NCBI GenBank assembly: GCA_965217865.1
Contig: CBDCJO010000002.1
Coordinates: forward strand, 2,336,001-2,400,000
Direction: 5' to 3'
From: Candidatus Latescibacterota bacterium
Lineage (GTDB): Bacteria; Latescibacterota; UBA2968; SICM01
DNA length: 64,000 bases
Below are positions 19,786-29,129 of the stretch, one piece after another (positions within the stretch are counted from its first letter, which is position 1; each line of letters begins with the position of its first letter). A program made the position numbers and the translations under genes. The notes under the pieces were generated by a model. It ran no database searches, was not told where the DNA came from, and was given only the letters and a program-made list of their open reading frames with translations.

Positions 19786-20973
19786 TTACCCTCCTCTCGG
19801 GTAATTATACTTCTCCCCGGCCTCCGGCACTTCCAGCTTCGGACCATACGGTCCCTTATAGCTCCTTGTCCACCGGCTGCCACCCACAAACGGCCAACCC
19901 CTCGCTTCATCGTCGTATTTCTTGGCGTCGAACGAGGTGAACAAAGTCCTGTCCGACAGTTCCACCGTGTTGGGCTGATGAAGGCCGTCCGAGATCGGGA
20001 TGTCATCTCGGATGACGACCTCCCCGGTCCAGGTCTTGCCGTAATCAAGGGTAAACCTTGCCCGCACCCCGAAGGGCGGATCGAAGCGTCGCTGATAGGT
20101 ACACAGGACGGTCCCGTCCCGGAGGAGCGTCACCCTCGGGTGCTTTGCTCGCACGGGCGTCTCAAGCGGTTCGGTCCACGTCTGTCCCCCGTCCGAGGAC
20201 CACACGCTGTAAGCGAAGTGTCCCATCTGGGTGCGGAGCATGCAAAAGATCCTGCCATCCCCGTGCACGACGTGGTAATTCTCTCCGAACCCTCTCGCCG
20301 TAGGACCGAATCGTCCATCCGCAATCTGGATCAATTCCCACTTCCTTCCCCCATCCGTAGACCGCACACACCACGCATGGCTCAATCCTCCCAGTTCACT
20401 GGATTTGGACAATCCCTCCGGTTTATAGCCATATGCGAAATTGATGAGTGACCCGTCGTCGAGCATATGTAGAGCCTCCATCGAGAACCGGGCGAAAAAG
20501 GGCAGCTTCTCGTGGAGCCGATCTTCCTTCCATGTCTGTCCCCCATCCGTCGAATGCCTGACGACCATGCCATAATTGACGGCGCAATAATCGTGTTTCT
20601 CCCCCAGGTCCCATACGTAGTACCCTTCCGCCCTCAGCCGGTCGATCTCTGATCGGGGATATCGCTCCCAACCGTACGTGACAGTCTCTATGATTGTTCC
20701 GTCCGCCAGGACGCGACGGTTCTCCAGAGGCGGTCCGGGCCATGGATCGTCCGTGATCTCCCACGTGAAACCACCGTCCTTCGACAACAACAAAACATGC
20801 GTGGCCTGCGCGGCCCATGCATCCGTCGTCTCCGCTTCATCAAAACTGATCATAACGGGACTCCAGAGGAAGTCATTTTCGTCACAGTACAGGTTGCCCT
20901 GGCCCAGGGCTTCGTACTGTGGACTCCGCAGGATATCCACATCGATTTTCCACGACTTTGATGGATCCAACAT
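19786..20973 (-). CDS. Asp-box/sialidase-like paralog, copy 6 (intact, 395 aa, most divergent)
   Basis: MLDPSKSWKIDV start after GGAGG; Asp-boxes; GFGEN. Confidence 0.9.
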   Translation of the reverse strand: MLDPSKSWKIDVDILRSPQYEALGQGNLYCDENDFLWSPVMISFDEAETTDAWAAQATHVLLLSKDGGFTWEITDDPWPGPPLENRRVLADGTIIETVTYGWERYPRSEIDRLRAEGYYVWDLGEKHDYCAVNYGMVVRHSTDGGQTWKEDRLHEKLPFFARFSMEALHMLDDGSLINFAYGYKPEGLSKSSELGGLSHAWCVRSTDGGRKWELIQIADGRFGPTARGFGENYHVVHGDGRIFCMLRTQMGHFAYSVWSSDGGQTWTEPLETPVRAKHPRVTLLRDGTVLCTYQRRFDPPFGVRARFTLDYGKTWTGEVVIRDDIPISDGLHQPNTVELSDRTLFTSFDAKKYDDEARGWPFVGGSRWTRSYKGPYGPKLEVPEAGEKYNYPRGG

Positions 20974-21009
20974 GAAACCTCCCATAGTCAGTCCGATTGA
21001 CTCCGGTTT

Positions 21010-21118
21010 AGGTCTTCTTCTGTATTCTGTATTCTCCGATCCTGCACCCTGCCTCTCCCCTTTGCGGTTTGCCGTCTGCCGTTTCACGGCTTTTCTTTCC
21101 CTGACCTCCGACTTCTAA
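21010..21118. repeat. Heptamer repeat spacer
   Basis: ttctgta-ttctgta-ttct; tgcggtt-tgccgtc-tgccgtt-tcacggc; tgacctc-cgacttc. Confidence 0.7.
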
Positions 21119-21120
21119 CC

Positions 21121-21969
21121 TCAAGTTCCTTTATCCGTTAACCACCGCAAGTGTTCTTCGTGGGAAATCTCGGCAAGTCGGAAATTCTCCTCGGTGATGC
21201 TGAGATAGCGCGAAACCTCGCGGTAACCCCTGATGAACGTTTCGGCGTATCCGATTCTCGCCTTCCATCCCTGATATCCGACGGCGGATTCGACTCGCTT
21301 TTCCGCAAATTCGGGTGTATGCCCCTGGGATTCGAAAAGCATCTCCGCTTTTTTCCGGCTGGCCACCTGGTCCGCAATATCGATGCATATATCAGCTTCA
21401 TGATATGCATAGTCATTGGCCAGGTAGTAAATGGCGGCCACTCTATGAGGAGCCTGGCCACCCTTCGGGTCCGGAATGTCGACACGTTGCATGGCCTTCT
21501 GAACCGCGATGCCGGTCGCCGTATGATCGTTTGCCCACGCAAGGTTGAATCGCCGGTCCGGCAGCGTGTAAGGTGCGTGCGTCAACACCATCTGCGGTCG
21601 AACCTCGTACAGGGTCTCCGCCAGGGCTTCTACGACCTGGTCAGTCACCTCCAGGGGATTGTCGGAAAACGGCAGGATTCTCACATCTTTTACCCCGAAG
21701 ACCGCACAAACCTCCTTTAGCTGCCCAGCCTTGCTCTTTGCGTATTCCTCCTGGGATTCCTCGACGACCGCCATATCTCTCTGCTCGGACACCTTGCGCA
21801 TCTCATCGGCGAGTTTCTCGTTGTGGGTGGTAAGGCCTCCCGTGACTGCGACCACCGTGACGCTGTCCCCCCGTTCCACGTGATGAGCGCACGTGCCTCC
21901 CATGTGACAAAGGTCGTGCGGATGGGCGACGACGGCAAGAATCCGGATGTTTCTTGATTCCACTGACAT
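21121..21969 (-). CDS. PIG-L/LmbE-family deacetylase
   Basis: VVAHPHD..HMGG, a DH motif, FESQ and AETF. Confidence 0.85.
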   Translation of the reverse strand: MSVESRNIRILAVVAHPHDLCHMGGTCAHHVERGDSVTVVAVTGGLTTHNEKLADEMRKVSEQRDMAVVEESQEEYAKSKAGQLKEVCAVFGVKDVRILPFSDNPLEVTDQVVEALAETLYEVRPQMVLTHAPYTLPDRRFNLAWANDHTATGIAVQKAMQRVDIPDPKGGQAPHRVAAIYYLANDYAYHEADICIDIADQVASRKKAEMLFESQGHTPEFAEKRVESAVGYQGWKARIGYAETFIRGYREVSRYLSITEENFRLAEISHEEHLRWLTDKGT

Positions 21970-22041
21970 GAAAGAATCCCCTATCATCGACGGAGTATAT
22001 GTAGAAAGTTGACTCAGTAACTTGGAACTATCTTTTCCCTT

Positions 22042-23285
22042 TCACCCTTCGTCGGTCCCGCTACCCTGGGTCAACTCTCGACGGAAAGTCGGAAAATACC
22101 TGTAGCCCTCGAGCGATACGGTCTTACCAGGCTTTGCCCAGGGAATGTCCAGCCCCGAAAAGAGGGCCGCCTTCTCGAATGCCAGCATAACCGCGTCAGT
22201 CATGCCGTCTACGGAGATCCTGCCCGTCGAGGAATCCTCCCGCAGCAGGTTTCCCGAAAGGTCATGAATCTCGGATGACTCGAAAGTCCCGCAGGCACAA
22301 AGCGTTTGTGCCCGCGTGATATCTATCGGACAGGACAAGGAATCCTTTTTCCCAAGAAGCACCAGGGCAAGATCTTCTGCAACCCGGGGTTCCTCCTCTT
22401 CGGCCTGGGAACGCTGTTCGGAGCTTCCGGTCCGCACGACCGTGGTCCAGGATCCGTGAGTCCATTCCACCTGAGCCTGTTCCCCTTCCACGACGATCAG
22501 CGGATCGGTTTCCCGTTCGGTGCAGTGACTCGCGGTAAAGAACACCTCCACGCCCTCTTCCGTCTGAGCCCGAAAAGCCACAGTATCGGCTGATGCAATC
22601 GGATTTGCCCGGTAGAGCTCTGCCTGGATAAGGGTCGGATTGAGGGACGCCCCTTGTCGGCGGCAGCCCAGATAGCACAGGTCATTCACCATGTGTGCCA
22701 GGGCATTGTTGTGCGGGCTGTCCAGGATCCAGTTATCTCCAACCCTCAGACATCCCGCCCAGTCGTTCCGGTTGTAATATTCGCGATCGCGAGAGCCAGC
22801 AGGCATAGCCTTTAACCCTCTTGATCGTCCCCAGCCGTCCCTGGCAAACCTGGTCCTTGATCCTCTGGACATCCGGCCGACAGAGGTGCTGGTATCCTAC
22901 CGCGCAGAGCCGGCCCGACTCGTCTCGGGCCCGGATCATGTCGTCCACATCCTGGATGGAACCCGCCGCAGGCTTCTCGACGAGCACGTGAGTTCCCGCT
23001 TTGAGGGCTGCCACCGTCATCGGATGATGAAGATGGATCCCGGTTGGGATGCACGTCACATCGATTCGGTCCACTGCCTTTTGGAGCATCTCCTCGAGTG
23101 ACGAATAAACCCCTCCCGACCCGCTCAAATCTTTTTACCTCCTCTGCATAGCGCTTTCGGTCCGCGGGAATCGCCACCTGTGCCACGTGTCTTCCAAGCC
23201 CGGTCCTCTCCAGCCGCCGGACATATTCGATATGGGCGCGCGCGAAGCCCCCCATTCCCACCACAGCGAAGCCCGGGACCTTCAC
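22042..23285 (-). pseudogene. Gfo/Idh/MocA oxidoreductase (two frameshifts)
   Basis: The motifs VVGMGGFA, HVLVEKP...VGYQ and NNALAH lie in three frames; shifts near 23122 and 22792. Confidence 0.85.
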
Positions 23286-24085
23286 GATTTACTCCCATTG
23301 CCATCGGCCTTCCATCTGCGCGCAAAGTCGTTGAACTTCATGAATTCCATTCCCCTTTTTTTGACCTCGGACAGAAATGCGGACACCTGCATGCACTCCG
23401 GGTCAAACCGCCGGAGAGACCAGGGGTGCATCGTTGGACCATAGTAGGGCATGGATCCGGATACGGCCGTTTCAACATCCGAGATAAAAGGCGCCATCCA
23501 CCCTTCGATGTTCCGGGGCGCCTCCGAACTCAAGGGTTGTGAAGGGGACTGCCAGGGGTGGACCCGGGTAAACAGATTTTCGTGCCAGCCGTGAATGGGG
23601 ATCTCCAACAGTCCCGGGAATCCTTCTTCCCTATAGTCAAAGGGGGGAATCACGGGGGCGGGCATGGTTTGTCCCGGTCCCCAGCCCTGGGAGCTGACAT
23701 ACGCAAATCCCATTTCGGCAAAAACGGAGAGCCGCTCCCGATCTCCGCGATACCCAGCCGTTGTCCCCCCCGGCGTGCGGAATCCCACAGGCGCACACCC
23801 GAATACCTCCCCCAACAGATCCTGCGTCCGCCGAAGCTGGTCCCGAACCTCCCCAAGGGGCATCGACTCGATATGACGATGCATATAAGTGTGCGAAGCC
23901 ACCTCGAACAGGTCGTCGTCCAGCAGATCCTTCAGCTCCTCCCGATTGTGCTCCACGAGAATGCCTACGAGGAAGAACGTCGCCGGGATTTCCTGCCTTC
24001 GGTGAATCCCCACCAGGCTGCGAACCGCTTCCACACACATCGGTTGTTCGGTATCGTAACCGGCCAGATATACCGGAGTCATCAT
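23282..24085 (-). CDS. Polysaccharide deacetylase (CE4/NodB-like)
   Basis: YDTE, PATFFLVG, EVASHTYMH, GFRTPGG, MHPW. Confidence 0.88.
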   Translation of the reverse strand: MMTPVYLAGYDTEQPMCVEAVRSLVGIHRRQEIPATFFLVGILVEHNREELKDLLDDDLFEVASHTYMHRHIESMPLGEVRDQLRRTQDLLGEVFGCAPVGFRTPGGTTAGYRGDRERLSVFAEMGFAYVSSQGWGPGQTMPAPVIPPFDYREEGFPGLLEIPIHGWHENLFTRVHPWQSPSQPLSSEAPRNIEGWMAPFISDVETAVSGSMPYYGPTMHPWSLRRFDPECMQVSAFLSEVKKRGMEFMKFNDFARRWKADGNGSKS

Positions 24086-24107
24086 CTATCTCCATTCTAT
24101 GTTAGAA

Positions 24108-26480
24108 TCAATGCATTATGACCGGGGAAGCCGAAAAGACTTCAAGTTGGTTTCTCAGCTTCAGGACGGCATGATCCCAGCTCGACTGATCCCCGCCCAC
24201 CGGACAGACCGTGTCAAAATTGAAGTTCCTCATCAGATGATCCGAAAGAATCCGGAGCCGATCCCAAGTCCCTTCCAGTCCCTTGGCGAACCCCACCTCA
24301 TTTGAGTCGTTAGAGAGCAATTCGTGGTAGCTGGATATCAGTTCTGAAAATAACTCTCCGACCTGCAAGCACTTTTCCAGATAGACCAGATCTTCTCGGA
24401 CGCTCGGTTTCAAATCAGGTGCACTCAGGGCCTCTCCCACCCTTTGTCGACCGCGTCCCGTGACCCGGGCATAAAGTCCCCATACATGACTCAGCCTCCT
24501 CTGCCAATCCCCGTAGGTAATCCCGAGGTCCGTTACGGTCGCCTGAGGCTTTGAATCGGGAGACGACGGATTCCAGTGGTTCTCGTCCAGAGCCAGAATC
24601 CTCCAGAGGATGGACAGCGGGAACAGCTTGTCAGGAAGCACGGGGGCCAGCGATTCGCCGTTGGAACGGGGCTGGCACACGTAGTCGGAAAAGAACGAGT
24701 ACATTGCTCTTCCAGCCTGCCCGCCGTAGATCTGCCGACACGCCTCCCCGAGAAAGCCATCCTCCGAGCAGATCGATTCAGGCATATTCTCATACTTCAT
24801 GAGGGCCTCCCAGGCTTCGGTGCAGTCCTCATGCGTATCTGGCATCAGAGACCCGGGCGCCCGAACATTCCACGCGAACTCTGCGTTCAGCAATTGAAGA
24901 GGTTCCTGGTTAAGCCCCCCGTTGAAGTGATACAGCGAAGTCCCCCCCTCGAACATTCCGCTCATGATGGACGTAGCCACAAAAGGGTAATTGAACGAGT
25001 GCCACGAATACTGATCTGCTCCGCCCAGGAAGAAAATGAAAGTCTTCGAATTTAGCCCTCGGGACTCGAGCCTCTCCTTATAGGCGTCCACCCACCTCTG
25101 ATTCGTGGACTTGCGCGGAAAGATTTCACGAAAGCCGATCTGAATATTCGGGTGATCAGGCAGAAGGGACACCACGTTGGACCACAGGTCCAGGACCCGA
25201 CCCCAGTCGTCCTCCGAATCCGATTCCACGGCATACGCAGGCGAAATCGGGATAACCGTACAATCCCTGGATGCGTCGTAACCGGTTTCGGAGTTCCGGA
25301 CGCCAAAGATCGCCTCGACCAGAACGCGACACCCGTGAGCAATCGCACCTGCGCCTCCGTCCGATTCCGCAAAATCATCGTTTGGCCAGCGACTCCTGCA
25401 TTCGGGACAGCGCTCCAGCCACCGCTCCTGTGCGCGTTCGAAGAGCCCCATGTCCTCGAAGTGAATGTAGAGTGCGCCGGGCTCGACGGACCGGACGAAA
25501 GTCGACATCTCCGTTGACTTGATCAGATTCAAGGCTTCATTTGACCGGCACGTCCCGAGCATAGGATGCTCCGGGGTGCGCACCTCCCCGAAGCAGGGAT
25601 AGATCTGTCCCCGGGGATACGCCTCCCGATTGTAATGTACCCGGCCGATGTTGTGTTCAGGCTGCACCTTGGCCGGGTCATAGTTGGCCCCGAAGCCTGA
25701 AAAGACCAGCTTGATCCCCCTGTCACGGGCATAGCCGTTGAGGTCCCTCATCATACCGGCGTACCCCGGGAACTTCTCACTGTTCCATCCGAACCCGTCG
25801 AAGAAGACCATGTTGATCTTATACCGCAGGCAGAAATCCAGCTGTCGTTTGATGCGCCGAACGAATGCCTTCTTCCCATCCCCCCAGTCATATGCCCATC
25901 GGTTGATTTCCGCTCTCAGGAGCCAGTCGGCGGATGCCCGATACGGGAAATCCGGATAGTCCCGCACGTGCGCCTCCTGAATCCTCAGTCCCTTTTCAGA
26001 CGGCTCTAGAAGCTGTAGAAGCGTCGCTGCAGCGTAGAGCATACCCTGCGGACCGGCCGCCACCATCCAGACCTCACCCCGATCGGGCAGCGTTCGGATC
26101 ACGTAATCCTGTTCAATCCCTTTTGAATCGTCCAGGACCTTCCGGTCTTCGGGATCGAGAATCCGGGCGACCCTGTCCTTCAAACCTGACGGCCGACTCC
26201 AATCGATCAGATGGATCCCGGGCGAAGTCTCCCCCACCGGCTCAAACACGAACTCCTTCCTCAGAATCGGCCTTCCACCCATCTCCCATTCGACCTCGTC
26301 TGCGATCCATTCGACGGCGAGCTGCTCCTTCTTCGAAACCCCTTTGGAGAGTCGAAGCGGAAAGGATGGACCCTCCAACGGGACCTCGATATACCTTTTT
26401 CCCCAGGTTTGAAAGTGAGGGAAGGGAATGATACGAGGAGGGTTGTGTGTAGGAGAGGGGGTATTGGATGCGTGCTCCAT
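24108..26480 (-). CDS. GH20/GH84-like protein with N-terminal zincin-like domain
   Basis: IIPFP..., QDYVI, GMLYAAATLLQL, VRDYPDFPYR, YKINM, IHFED. Confidence 0.7.
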   Translation of the reverse strand: MEHASNTPSPTHNPPRIIPFPHFQTWGKRYIEVPLEGPSFPLRLSKGVSKKEQLAVEWIADEVEWEMGGRPILRKEFVFEPVGETSPGIHLIDWSRPSGLKDRVARILDPEDRKVLDDSKGIEQDYVIRTLPDRGEVWMVAAGPQGMLYAAATLLQLLEPSEKGLRIQEAHVRDYPDFPYRASADWLLRAEINRWAYDWGDGKKAFVRRIKRQLDFCLRYKINMVFFDGFGWNSEKFPGYAGMMRDLNGYARDRGIKLVFSGFGANYDPAKVQPEHNIGRVHYNREAYPRGQIYPCFGEVRTPEHPMLGTCRSNEALNLIKSTEMSTFVRSVEPGALYIHFEDMGLFERAQERWLERCPECRSRWPNDDFAESDGGAGAIAHGCRVLVEAIFGVRNSETGYDASRDCTVIPISPAYAVESDSEDDWGRVLDLWSNVVSLLPDHPNIQIGFREIFPRKSTNQRWVDAYKERLESRGLNSKTFIFFLGGADQYSWHSFNYPFVATSIMSGMFEGGTSLYHFNGGLNQEPLQLLNAEFAWNVRAPGSLMPDTHEDCTEAWEALMKYENMPESICSEDGFLGEACRQIYGGQAGRAMYSFFSDYVCQPRSNGESLAPVLPDKLFPLSILWRILALDENHWNPSSPDSKPQATVTDLGITYGDWQRRLSHVWGLYARVTGRGRQRVGEALSAPDLKPSVREDLVYLEKCLQVGELFSELISSYHELLSNDSNEVGFAKGLEGTWDRLRILSDHLMRNFNFDTVCPVGGDQSSWDHAVLKLRNQLEVFSASPVIMH

Positions 26481-26596
26481 TCAGAGGCTCGAGAGCGAAG
26501 ACCCGGTAGTGGAGGTTGGAGCTAGGCATCTACCCCGACCCCTGACCCACAATCCCGGATGGTGTGAACTGAGGTTAATCCGGTACGCTTGGGCGA

Positions 26597-29044
26597 TCAC
26601 GAGAATTTTCGAGCACGCGCTTCGCGCAGGACCACAGGCCCCATCAGACCCGACGACAACTGGAGCCCGTCGTAGTGGTTTGCCATCGTGTTCGTCACGC
26701 GGATCTCGAGGTGGTTTGCGCCCGGACGGCACGCTTTCGAGATCTCCAGAACATGCGGCGCCCAGGGGAGCACACCGATGGGATTGTCGTTCAGCCACAC
26801 CTCGGCGATATTCCCGACCCGTCCAAGGTCCAGAAATAAAGAATCCGTCCCTTTGGGCCGTTCAAACTCGGTCGCGAACCGGAGCGTCCCTGAAAATATC
26901 TCCCACTCCCGGATCTGAGCCCAATCCCCGGGACACGGTACCGCGATCGCTTTGCCCGAGGCATCCATCGCTTTCCACGGTCCCGGAATTTCCGCGACCA
27001 CCTCACCGGCTACCGGAGGAAGCGATACTTCAGGGTCCGGCTCTCCTGAGGGATCCACGGCCAGGACCAGCCCCTGACGCCGATCCAGGCGTAAATGCGT
27101 ATGCATTCGCCCCTCTCCCAACCGTGCCGGCCACGGCCGTTGACTTCCGTCCATCGGGTCCCAGAGCTCCAGCGAACCCGTACTCCGGAGCGATAAGTCG
27201 CTTTCCAGGGCCTCCTCCCCTTCGTTCACCAGAAGGTAGAGCTCCTGACCCGCCTTGCGATAATGGAAGACACGAAGGTCCGGCACGTTCGGCCAGTCCA
27301 CGTCACGGCCGAGAGCAGAGGCGATCTGGTCGCACAAATCCTCGGGCTTCCAGGATTCCAGCACAAGTCCGCCCGCATCTCGAAACGACTTCAATTTGGC
27401 CTGTTCAGCCTCCCCGGCGACATCCGGCGGATCGCACACCACCGCTCGAAAACGCTGCTCCCCGAAAACCAGCCGGCCGTCCTCGATTCGAGCCTCGCCG
27501 AGCGTCACGTCGTCCACAAACACGAAATCGATCTGATCCTGTGTCATAACCTTCGCCGCATTCCAGGCCATGTGGTTGGGCTCCGTCAAAACCGCCACAT
27601 CGCACACCTCAACACCGTCCGTGATCAGGAAGGAAGCCCGGCGGATATAGTCCCCGATCACGTTAAAATAGGGCCACCAGACATTATGAACCCCGATGTC
27701 CGGTTCGCTCTCAAAAGCCCGGCGTCCTCGGATCGAGTAGAAACACGCGTGAAGCATATACAGGTTGTTCCCCCGGCTCAGGTGCCAGTCCAGGAGCCAT
27801 TTGGTCTCGTCCAGGGTCAACCGCCAGCCGTAGGCCCCCATCGCTTCGGTCCCGTTCCTGCGGCGCCCCCCCACGATCGCAGCGCTGCTGGCGGCCTTGG
27901 CCGCGAGACTGTGGCCCCCTTCCAGGGCTGTCGACTTCCCCGGTTCGACATATCGCCACACCATATCCTGCCCCGGCCACTGGAAGTGCCGCAGGGCTCC
28001 CATCTCGTTGCTCTCCTCCGGATGTCCGGTCAATGCGATCCCGTGCGCTTCGCACCACCTGCTCTGCCCCGCATAAAAGACCTCCTCGATCCGATCGTGC
28101 CAGGCACGGTTGTAGACGGATCGAAACGCCTCCGTTCGCAGGCCGCAGTCAATCCACAACGCGGGCAGCCAGGTTTTCACATCGCCTTCCCACACCCGCT
28201 CCACATCCTCCAAAAAACCCTCGGTGAAGGGCTTTGGATGGGGACCCCGCTTCGGGGCCCTCCCCAGCGGGTTCGGTTCGTCTGTGAACATGGCCAGGAT
28301 CGTCGTCCCGAAGTATTCTTTGAGATGTTCATAATAGGCGTCGTGAGTGAGACGAATGAAACACCCCACCGCTTCAGGATCCATCAGCGAACCGGCCGCA
28401 GGCGCATTGGCATGCCTGTCATCCTCCTCGTCGAACAATCCCCGGATGGTCCCACCGCTGTAAACATTCCAACAGGCCACAAGTCGCCATGTCCCCTCCG
28501 GGACCTCGTAACGCACCAGGCCCGGCCCCTCAGGGGACAATAGGGTCAGGCTGTCGGGATCGAGGACATTCTCTTTTATCTCCCGTCCCTGGACAACACA
28601 CACCAGCCGGTCCTGCATCGCCCTGCCTGGATTCGGGCGCCAGTAGCCTTTCGCTGGTCCGGTGACCCGATGCTCCTGGGGGATCAGGCATCGTGCCGCG
28701 TATTCCGGGTTCTCCGCAACCACTCGGCCTTGCGCAGAGCCTGAGGGATAGCACCCTTCATCATACAGAATCACCTTCATGCCCAGCCGGTCCGCCTCCT
28801 CAACCACGAGCCTCGTCAGGCGAAAGTACTCCTCTGTGAGATATCCCACCCGTCGGGACAGCCCGATCCGGGAATGGATCAGAAATCCGCCAAACCCCTT
28901 GGCGTGGAACTCATGGATCTGTCGAAGCAGTTCTTCGTCCTCCAGATCATCGTTCCAGAACCAGAACGGGAGCACCCCGAACTCCCTAGGGGGATCGGCA
29001 AACACCTGACCCAACGTATTTTTATCCACCCTCACCATTTTCAA
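26597..29044 (-). CDS. GH106-like glycoside hydrolase
   Basis: PFWFWND, LYDEGCYPSG, THDAY, FTDEP, DLGRV, NHLEIRVTNT. Confidence 0.8.
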   Translation of the reverse strand: MKMVRVDKNTLGQVFADPPREFGVLPFWFWNDDLEDEELLRQIHEFHAKGFGGFLIHSRIGLSRRVGYLTEEYFRLTRLVVEEADRLGMKVILYDEGCYPSGSAQGRVVAENPEYAARCLIPQEHRVTGPAKGYWRPNPGRAMQDRLVCVVQGREIKENVLDPDSLTLLSPEGPGLVRYEVPEGTWRLVACWNVYSGGTIRGLFDEEDDRHANAPAAGSLMDPEAVGCFIRLTHDAYYEHLKEYFGTTILAMFTDEPNPLGRAPKRGPHPKPFTEGFLEDVERVWEGDVKTWLPALWIDCGLRTEAFRSVYNRAWHDRIEEVFYAGQSRWCEAHGIALTGHPEESNEMGALRHFQWPGQDMVWRYVEPGKSTALEGGHSLAAKAASSAAIVGGRRRNGTEAMGAYGWRLTLDETKWLLDWHLSRGNNLYMLHACFYSIRGRRAFESEPDIGVHNVWWPYFNVIGDYIRRASFLITDGVEVCDVAVLTEPNHMAWNAAKVMTQDQIDFVFVDDVTLGEARIEDGRLVFGEQRFRAVVCDPPDVAGEAEQAKLKSFRDAGGLVLESWKPEDLCDQIASALGRDVDWPNVPDLRVFHYRKAGQELYLLVNEGEEALESDLSLRSTGSLELWDPMDGSQRPWPARLGEGRMHTHLRLDRRQGLVLAVDPSGEPDPEVSLPPVAGEVVAEIPGPWKAMDASGKAIAVPCPGDWAQIREWEIFSGTLRFATEFERPKGTDSLFLDLGRVGNIAEVWLNDNPIGVLPWAPHVLEISKACRPGANHLEIRVTNTMANHYDGLQLSSGLMGPVVLREARARKFS

Positions 29045-29129
29045 TTCCCTCTATGAAAAAGTTTCCATGTCTCTTCTATCCTTTTCAGATCTGAATTCAA
29101 ATGCCTGGAATTGAAATCTGTTTGCTTCA

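Noticed and set aside
1-20973. Integron cassette array or shufflon explanation for the paralog array
   Set aside because: No integrase or invertase, no repeated attC-like sites, and all copies are co-oriented.
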